Shown piece after piece: positions 58,018-64,000 of a stretch of DNA of 64,000 nt. Position 1 is the stretch's first letter. Every line of letters begins with the position of its first letter. The position numbers and the translations under genes are program-made. This DNA is from a virus: the IMG/VR virus record IMGVR_UViG_3300047335_000017, positions 1 through 64,000 of that record. One strand, given 5' to 3'. The notes under the pieces are model-generated. The model ran no database searches and had not been told where the DNA came from. It was given only the letters and a program-made list of their open reading frames with translations.

Positions 58018-59886
58018 TTAAACTGTAGAGTTGTAGTTCGTATTAGTGTTCGTCGCCGTGCTATCATACACGGCGGTCGTAATCCCTTCGCTCAAAGTCC
58101 ATTGCGACGAGTTGTGGAAGCTCACGGCGTTGAGCGCCGCCGCCCCGAGCTGAGCCGCCACCTGGGCCGCAGTCTTCGACGCATCGATCGAGAGCTGCTT
58201 TGCCGCGATGTAGAGCTGGCCGTTGGCCTCGGCTTCCTTCACGGCGACTTCGGCGATCTTCTCCTGTTCGTTGAGCACGGCCTCCCAGCGCTGGATGTGA
58301 GCGTTATTGTAGCTCTCGGTCGCCTGCACATCACCCTTGTATGCTTCCACTAAACTCGTATTATATTCCGCAGCAGCGCGAGCCTGTTCGACCATCGCTT
58401 GCAGCGCCGATTTATAGCCTTCGAGCTGAGCCTCGTAAGCGCGGACTTCCCCCTCGTACTGTTTCACGAAGGCGTCCGCTATCCCCACTCCAGCGTTGAC
58501 TTCCGCCGCGTAGGCGTCGACTTGCGTTTTGTAAACGTTTTCGATCGCGCCTTGCGCTTCGATGTTCGCTTTATACCCTTCGACCTGAGCAGTGTAGGCG
58601 TTCACTTGTCCGACGAACCCCTGTATCTGCGCAGCATAAGCATCTACTTTAATCTTTTGAACATTAGCTCTCGTCTGTATGATATCAACTTGCAGCTTTG
58701 CAATTTCAACTTGAGCAAGTTGAGCGTCAATCTCCGTTTTATATTGCGTAACAAGCTGAGTGTTAATTTCTGCCTTGGTTTGTTCAAAAGAGATTTGAGC
58801 TTTGAGCTGCTCCACATAGATTTCAATCCCCTTGAGCTGCGCGTTGTAAGACTCGATCGTGGCCTTGTAGCCCTCGATCTGTTGAGCGAACACCTGCACC
58901 TGTGCATTGTAGATCGATATCTGCGCTTCAGTGATATACTTCGCCCGATCGAACGCACGCTGCGCGATCTGGTTCGTATAGTCGATCAGCTTGCTCTCCA
59001 GGTTGACGGCGATCTCGCGCGCCTTGGTCACGTTCTCCAGGCGAAGCTCAGCCTGCTTGACCATGATGTCGCGCGAGAGCCCCGCCGTCGTGTTGTGGGT
59101 CTCGGTGTAAATCTTGAAGCGCGCATCGGTGTAGACGCCCGGCGGAAGCTGATAGCCGAGGGTATCGATATCGCGGTCCAGCGCGGCCAGGGCGTCAGCC
59201 TGCGCGCGGTATTCACGTTCGTAGGCGGCATCCCACATGGCCTGCTGCGTCCCAGCACTCAGGCCGATGTCGCTGTCCTCGGTCATCGCATCGAGCAAAT
59301 CGTCCTGCACCTGAGAGAGCAGTGTGCTTGTGTAGAATGTCCCCTCCACATAGTTGAGAGGCGACGGCTGGGTCATCGTCATCTGAGGCCCGAGCTGCGT
59401 GAACGTCGGGATATTGAGTGGGTTGAACACAACCGTGTCCAGGCTCAAAAGCGTGGGGATCGGCGGAATTTCCAAGTCCAAGACAGGATAGACGTAATTG
59501 AAATCCAGCGTCGGACTGGTGGGGACTACTCCATTAAATTGCGCCGGCTGCGTGCCGAAATTGAGCGTGGGCGGGAGCTGATTGAAAGTCCCCGGTATGT
59601 AGGGCGTAATGTTGATCGATTGCGTGAACGACCCTGGCTGCGCGGGAGTGCTCCAGGTTACTTCCTGTAACTCGGGAAGTGAAACCTCGACTATCTTCGG
59701 AAGATCAGTGATCTGAGGGAACTGAACATTGATGACCTGAGGGAACAATCCATCCGCGAGCGCGGTCAACGCGCTGGAATATTCCGTTACGTTCGTCATC
59801 ATGGTATTAGCGATGTCGGTCGCGCTCGACGCGCTACCCCAGATGGGGATATTGCCAAGTCCCGCGCTGCTGCCTGTACCGCTCAT
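58018..59886 (-). CDS. coiled-coil virion protein (tail/ejection apparatus)
   Basis: 622 aa. The C-terminal two-thirds are heptad-patterned (…AYAAQIQGFVGQVNAYTAQVEGYKANIEAQ…). Confidence 0.6.
   Translation of the reverse strand: MSGTGSSAGLGNIPIWGSASSATDIANTMMTNVTEYSSALTALADGLFPQVINVQFPQITDLPKIVEVSLPELQEVTWSTPAQPGSFTQSINITPYIPGTFNQLPPTLNFGTQPAQFNGVVPTSPTLDFNYVYPVLDLEIPPIPTLLSLDTVVFNPLNIPTFTQLGPQMTMTQPSPLNYVEGTFYTSTLLSQVQDDLLDAMTEDSDIGLSAGTQQAMWDAAYEREYRAQADALAALDRDIDTLGYQLPPGVYTDARFKIYTETHNTTAGLSRDIMVKQAELRLENVTKAREIAVNLESKLIDYTNQIAQRAFDRAKYITEAQISIYNAQVQVFAQQIEGYKATIESYNAQLKGIEIYVEQLKAQISFEQTKAEINTQLVTQYKTEIDAQLAQVEIAKLQVDIIQTRANVQKIKVDAYAAQIQGFVGQVNAYTAQVEGYKANIEAQGAIENVYKTQVDAYAAEVNAGVGIADAFVKQYEGEVRAYEAQLEGYKSALQAMVEQARAAAEYNTSLVEAYKGDVQATESYNNAHIQRWEAVLNEQEKIAEVAVKEAEANGQLYIAAKQLSIDASKTAAQVAAQLGAAALNAVSFHNSSQWTLSEGITTAVYDSTATNTNTNYNSTV
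59657..59671. promoter_or_regulatory. GTTAC-N5-GTAAC palindrome, site 14 (intragenic, late region, relaxed)
   Basis: GTTACTTCCTGTAAC inside 58018..59886. This is the only copy outside 28.9-48.9 kb. Confidence 0.4.
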
Positions 59887-59898
59887 GATATGATCCTA

Positions 59899-61593
59899 TC
59901 ACAAATTGGGGTAGCTGTTGATGTTTTTCAGGAGCAATATGAGATCGTCGTCGAGAGCTTGTATCTGAAGGTTGGCAGCTTGTCTCTGCGTAGTGACAAA
60001 CTCATCGTCAAACTGAGCGGGGTTATCAATCTGATATCCCGCCAATGAGGTCACAAAAGAAGAAGTCGTATCGATGCTGTTATATGCATCATCAACTTGA
60101 GTTATGGAGTTTGCCATGGAGGCAGTCGCGCCATGATCCCCATATACACCATCGTCGTCGTATGCACTTAAGGCGCTCGTAACGGTTTCGTCTGCTGTAG
60201 TGAGACTTTCATCTGCTGAGTTATAGGCTTGCTCCGTCGCTGGAAATGCCCAGTAGTATTCCCCTGAAATATATTCATCCTCTATGCGAAAGAGCAACAT
60301 AGTTTGGGTAGCGTACTGCCATCCAAGAACGGCCTGCCTCGCAGCCTGTAATGCCCAATACCATGGCCCCGTACTATCAGGTGGGTTCTGCACGTTAATC
60401 CCATCTCCAGGTCGCCAGTAGCCATTCGCATAGGCGCTGTCAGTCGAGATCGTCTGAAGTGTATTTGGGTTCCAAAACGCTGGGTGTGGCGTGGGTGTGG
60501 TTCGATCCACCTTCTTGATCGAGAGATCGAAGTCGAGAGCTTGAGTTTTGTAGTATGGTACACTCATAGCAAACGCTAGGGGTGTGTCGTTTACGGTGAT
60601 CCCATCATCGTTAACTTGGGTCCAGGATTGAATAACCTCTCGATGTTCTTGGCGAGAATAGAACTCTGCGAACACGATCGCGCCGCCGCCTTTGAGCGGC
60701 AGAAAACCCTTATCTGGCGTGACACTGACCCTGAACTTATTGACTTGGTTCTCATTCAGATAAGTCGCATCAACCTTGATCACTGTACCTATGGTCGGCT
60801 CGCCAAGCGGAAGATACACGTCCCCGTTATCGGGAAGCGTCGACCCGTAACCCCCAGCTTGAGCTAAATAATTTCCGTAGTAATACATTGGATATACAAA
60901 CAAATCGTCATGAGGACCGATCTCATGTTCAGTGAAATAATACTGATCTGGTACGGTATTGAAGTCTTCCGTCCTTTTTCGAGGCGGCAGAACCGCAGCC
61001 AAAAGGTTCTTATTTGGGTTTCCTGTAGCCAAAGGGAAATCTTTACTATCCTTGTTAGCCAAGGATTGGCATAGTGTAGCCGTACTGCCTATCTTGAAAA
61101 TAACGACTGAGTTTTGAGCTGGAGAACTACATGAGTATATATTCACTCCATTTAGGTCAAAACTATATTGCACGCCTCCTGGATCGCCAGTGAACAACCA
61201 AGCGATATAACCATCGAGGTTCGTCTCGATCGCGCCTTGGGTAGTTCCTCCAGAGTTCGTCACCACCACATGCAAGTGCATGATCTCGGTGCCCTGACTG
61301 TTGCTATAGTGCGCCAGGACAGGCCCGAAGCTCTCGACCTTCTTCCAAAAACCGCCTTGTCCGGCGTTATAGTTCTGTTGTTGTGCCCTGAAGAACGTAT
61401 TGAGCTTGGCGTAATAGTTGGCGAGCACGTCTTGAGCCGCCAGATAGGGGTCGTCCCCGAGGGAATTGTCCCAATCGTTACCCAAGATCACGTCGACCTT
61501 GACGATGGGTGGGGCTTGGATGTCCTTCGAGAACTCGTCCTGATCCTCCCCGGAATACGTGGGGAGCTGAAAAGGCGCTCTGTACGATGTCAC
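59899..61593 (-). CDS. virion structural protein, function unknown
   Basis: 564-aa ORF in the late operon. Confidence 0.6.
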   Translation of the reverse strand: MTSYRAPFQLPTYSGEDQDEFSKDIQAPPIVKVDVILGNDWDNSLGDDPYLAAQDVLANYYAKLNTFFRAQQQNYNAGQGGFWKKVESFGPVLAHYSNSQGTEIMHLHVVVTNSGGTTQGAIETNLDGYIAWLFTGDPGGVQYSFDLNGVNIYSCSSPAQNSVVIFKIGSTATLCQSLANKDSKDFPLATGNPNKNLLAAVLPPRKRTEDFNTVPDQYYFTEHEIGPHDDLFVYPMYYYGNYLAQAGGYGSTLPDNGDVYLPLGEPTIGTVIKVDATYLNENQVNKFRVSVTPDKGFLPLKGGGAIVFAEFYSRQEHREVIQSWTQVNDDGITVNDTPLAFAMSVPYYKTQALDFDLSIKKVDRTTPTPHPAFWNPNTLQTISTDSAYANGYWRPGDGINVQNPPDSTGPWYWALQAARQAVLGWQYATQTMLLFRIEDEYISGEYYWAFPATEQAYNSADESLTTADETVTSALSAYDDDGVYGDHGATASMANSITQVDDAYNSIDTTSSFVTSLAGYQIDNPAQFDDEFVTTQRQAANLQIQALDDDLILLLKNINSYPNL

Positions 61594-62717
61594 ACTCGCC
61601 TACCGCTGATCATGGGCACGAACTCGATCTCGTCGAAGTCGAAGTCCGGCCCCGTGCTGATCAGCTCCCAGCGAAGATACCGCGTCCTGATGCCCTTGCC
61701 AACGATCACCTTCGTGGTCATCAGCTCGGGTTGCGAGACGAACTGGTAGGTGCGCGTGGTTCCGTCCCCGCCCACGAGGTTCAGGAGGTATGTCCCCTGG
61801 CCCGAGAGCCCCAGATAGACGCCTTTGAGGCCCGAAAGCTTGCCATCCGCCAGCTCGAGGTAGCCGGCGGCGATGTCGGCTGTCGTGTCTTCCGTGCCGT
61901 CACGAGCTCCATTCAGCTCAAAAAGACCCTGTTGCGAGGCCCCGAGATACCTCCGCCCCATGCTCGCGAAGCTGTTGAACGCCCAATTTCTATACTCCGT
62001 GAGAGCATTGCTCCGAGTGTTCATCGCCCAACTGGTCGTGTTGTTATTTAGAGAGCCATAGAGCAGATAAATGTTAGCGCTCTCGACGATCCCTTCTCCC
62101 TTGTAGATCATCTTCACGATATCGAGATCATCCAACTCAGCGCCCTCTTCGAGCGTGGGATGGAAGATCATGTGGACCGGGGGAGGGGTGTCGTTCAGCT
62201 CCAAACCATGGGTCAGCGCGACGCTCGCGATGTACTTCACGCCGAGTACGCCACCCAAGCCCATGCCCGTGGTAATCTGCGCGCCTACGGCTTGCGTGAA
62301 GAGATCGTTGAGCGCGGCGCTCTCGATCGCCATCATGTTGTATTTGAGCGCCTGGGAGCCTTTCACGCTCGCCCGGATGCCCTCGAGCACGGTCAGGAGC
62401 CAACCGACCTCGAGCACGCTCGCGAGCGCCACGCCCTCGATCTGAACCACCATCTGAGAAATGCTCGGAAGGTCATCGATCTCCGAACTCTCAGTCAGGA
62501 CCAGATGATATTTGAACACTGGCGTGAGCGCTTGGCCGACCCCGATACCCTCGACCATCACATAGCCGGGACGCCAAATCCACGAAGCTACGTCATCGGT
62601 TTCGAACCCGACAACGATGCTGGGAGCATACACGGCCTTGACAGCCCGCACGCTTCCCAGGCCAGTGCTCTCGACCAGAGAAGCCGTGTAGACTGTCATT
62701 ACACATGCCTCCAGCAC
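61590..62717 (-). CDS. virion structural protein, function unknown
   Basis: 375-aa ORF whose stop overlaps the next start. Confidence 0.6.
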   Translation of the reverse strand: MLEACVMTVYTASLVESTGLGSVRAVKAVYAPSIVVGFETDDVASWIWRPGYVMVEGIGVGQALTPVFKYHLVLTESSEIDDLPSISQMVVQIEGVALASVLEVGWLLTVLEGIRASVKGSQALKYNMMAIESAALNDLFTQAVGAQITTGMGLGGVLGVKYIASVALTHGLELNDTPPPVHMIFHPTLEEGAELDDLDIVKMIYKGEGIVESANIYLLYGSLNNNTTSWAMNTRSNALTEYRNWAFNSFASMGRRYLGASQQGLFELNGARDGTEDTTADIAAGYLELADGKLSGLKGVYLGLSGQGTYLLNLVGGDGTTRTYQFVSQPELMTTKVIVGKGIRTRYLRWELISTGPDFDFDEIEFVPMISGRRV

Positions 62718-62793
62718 ACTTCTGGACCAGCCGACTTATCGACCTTAGCCCAGAAGCTGACCCTGAGAACTTTACGACGCTTACCCACCTTAT

Positions 62794-63309
62794 TTAACTG
62801 GTCGAACTTGCATTAAAGGTATATGTCAAAAGTAATTGATCTCCCGAAACCACGCTTTTGGACGTGCCGAACTGCGCCGCCGACATGAGGTAGGGGGGCG
62901 CGTTGGACGAGCTGTTGATGATGCTCGACGAGATCAGGAACGCCCCATAGATCGTGGCGCTCGCGTTGAACGTGAAGCTCGCCTGGGATGCGCTGTTCGT
63001 GATGCTCTGCGTCGTGGCGCTTGCCGGCACGAAGAGCTGCCGCGCGCCAGCGGTATAGGCGGAAACCTCCGTTGCATTGGCCGCGATCGTCGCCGCCGTA
63101 TCGGCTGCCACGGGGGTATAGTTCCCCGAGAAGAGCCCGAGATACCAGGATGCGATGCTCGCCTGCGCGCCGAGCGCGATGTTCAGAAGCGCGTTGAGAC
63201 CCTGATTGACGACGATGTTCTCGGCGTCCCATTCGTCGATCACTTCCCCATCACGCACATGAACGCAATGATAAGTCCCACCAAACTTGGCCTTCAGTTC
63301 TTCGATCAT
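62794..63309 (-). CDS. small Ser/Thr/Ala-rich virion protein (distant paralog of 8119..8547)
   Basis: 171 aa with AGGAA upstream. Its pattern (N..LNALLNI....YLGLFSG...........E.S....AR) resembles that of 8119..8547. Confidence 0.55.
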   Translation of the reverse strand: MIEELKAKFGGTYHCVHVRDGEVIDEWDAENIVVNQGLNALLNIALGAQASIASWYLGLFSGNYTPVAADTAATIAANATEVSAYTAGARQLFVPASATTQSITNSASQASFTFNASATIYGAFLISSSIINSSSNAPPYLMSAAQFGTSKSVVSGDQLLLTYTFNASSTS

Positions 63310-63322
63310 AGTGTGTTCCTTG

Positions 63323-63487
63323 TCAGCCGCTCACATAGGTAAGAGCATAGCACTTACCAGGGTTGTCAATTTGAAGTTGGATGACATAGCTGTTCGCGTC
63401 ATCGAACGAACCAACAAAGTTGGGCAACCCCGACGCAACAAAGGCGTTGGAGTTCGTTGGGCTTTGAATGAGAACTTCCCAGGTCAT
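63323..63487 (-). CDS. possible 54-aa protein
   Basis: Own translation: MTWEVLIQSPTNSNAFVASGLPNFVGSFDDANSYVIQLQIDNPGKCYALTYVSG. The ATG overlaps the upstream stop (ATGA). It fills an otherwise empty 177-bp gap and is below the ORF-track cut-off. Confidence 0.35.
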   Translation of the reverse strand: MTWEVLIQSPTNSNAFVASGLPNFVGSFDDANSYVIQLQIDNPGKCYALTYVSG

Positions 63488-64000
63488 CAGACATATCCAT
63501 AGCTGACGGTTACGGTGGACGCGGTGATGGAAGTGTTGTCCGTGCCGGAAATTCCGCCCGTGACGGCGTATTCGATGCCGGTCGAAAAGTACGCTCCGAT
63601 GTCGGACCAGACGAAATTCTGTGAGGTTCCCTTGGGCACGTATAGGTTTAGTGTCGCCGCCGTGGTCCCGAGAGTTACCGAGGTCGCGTTGAACAGTTTT
63701 ACCCAGACATCACTTGCGCCGGAATTGCCAACCATCAACGAGTACAATCGGCCTGCGGACGATTTTATTTGAACAGCGGCAGGCGTTGCAGGGGCTACCG
63801 CCATGCCCAAGGTCTGTAAATTACTAGACGCCGCACTCGTCATGGACAAGCTGCCCGTGACAGATAACTGATTGGGAATTACCACAGGTGAAAAACGGAG
63901 GTATGTGACGACAGTCACCGTGCCAGAAGTATAGGTAGAAACCCTAGCCCGGAAGTATCTATATGCGCATGGAAATACAATTGCCGTCAGACTATTCGTG
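63487..64000 (-). CDS. virion protein, C-terminal part (gene probably starts beyond the right edge)
   Basis: The track ORF 63487..63918 begins at a GTG, but the same frame stays open to position 64000 by my own translation. Confidence 0.5.
   Translation of the reverse strand, partial: TNSLTAIVFPCAYRYFRARVSTYTSGTVTVVTYLRFSPVVIPNQLSVTGSLSMTSAASSNLQTLGMAVAPATPAAVQIKSSAGRLYSLMVGNSGASDVWVKLFNATSVTLGTTAATLNLYVPKGTSQNFVWSDIGAYFSTGIEYAVTGGISGTDNTSITASTVTVSYGYV

Noticed and set aside
56921-59670. Plus-strand ORFs 56921..58021 and 58399..59670
   Set aside because: They are antisense to virion genes that have coherent protein-like sequence on the minus strand. The plus-frame products are Arg/Leu-rich.

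Overview
GC-rich, gene-dense stretch of a tailed-phage genome (free phage or prophage interior). I saw no host housekeeping genes, tRNA, rRNA or CRISPR. There are three blocks. (i) 1-28435, minus strand, is the late/virion operon: terS-like, terL, portal, scaffold, major capsid, small head/neck proteins, a Pro/Gly/Met-rich protein, a 2752-aa giant virion protein, a GH108-like endolysin, two paralogous fibres, a repetitive Gly/Ala/Ser fibre and further tail proteins running off the left edge. (ii) 28436-57009, plus strand, starts with a structure-rich control region (iteron array, palindromes, sigma70-like promoters). It continues with early genes of unknown function, a MoxR-AAA/RHH/VWA-zincin cassette, three HNH-like homing-endonuclease paralogs, a Dcd-like enzyme and a family-A DNA polymerase interrupted by an intein. 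Then come DEDDh, PD-(D/E)XK and VRR-NUC nucleases, a Dam-like methyltransferase, an SNF2 helicase, an SSB-like protein and a primase-helicase. (iii) 57047-64000, minus strand, holds more virion genes converging on the replication module. The most unusual observations are four. First, the intein in polymerase motif B carries its endonuclease gene in a different reading frame from the polymerase. Second, 14 copies of the palindrome GTTAC-N5-GTAAC lie almost entirely in the early/middle region, often just upstream of ribosome-binding sites. Third, a family of ~65-70 bp GC-rich palindromic elements is built from bulged triloop hairpins with covarying stems, and includes in-frame copies inside ORFs and one nested insertion. 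Fourth, the methyltransferase gene is bracketed by 31-bp direct repeats. All functional calls rest on motif recognition by eye; no database search was possible.
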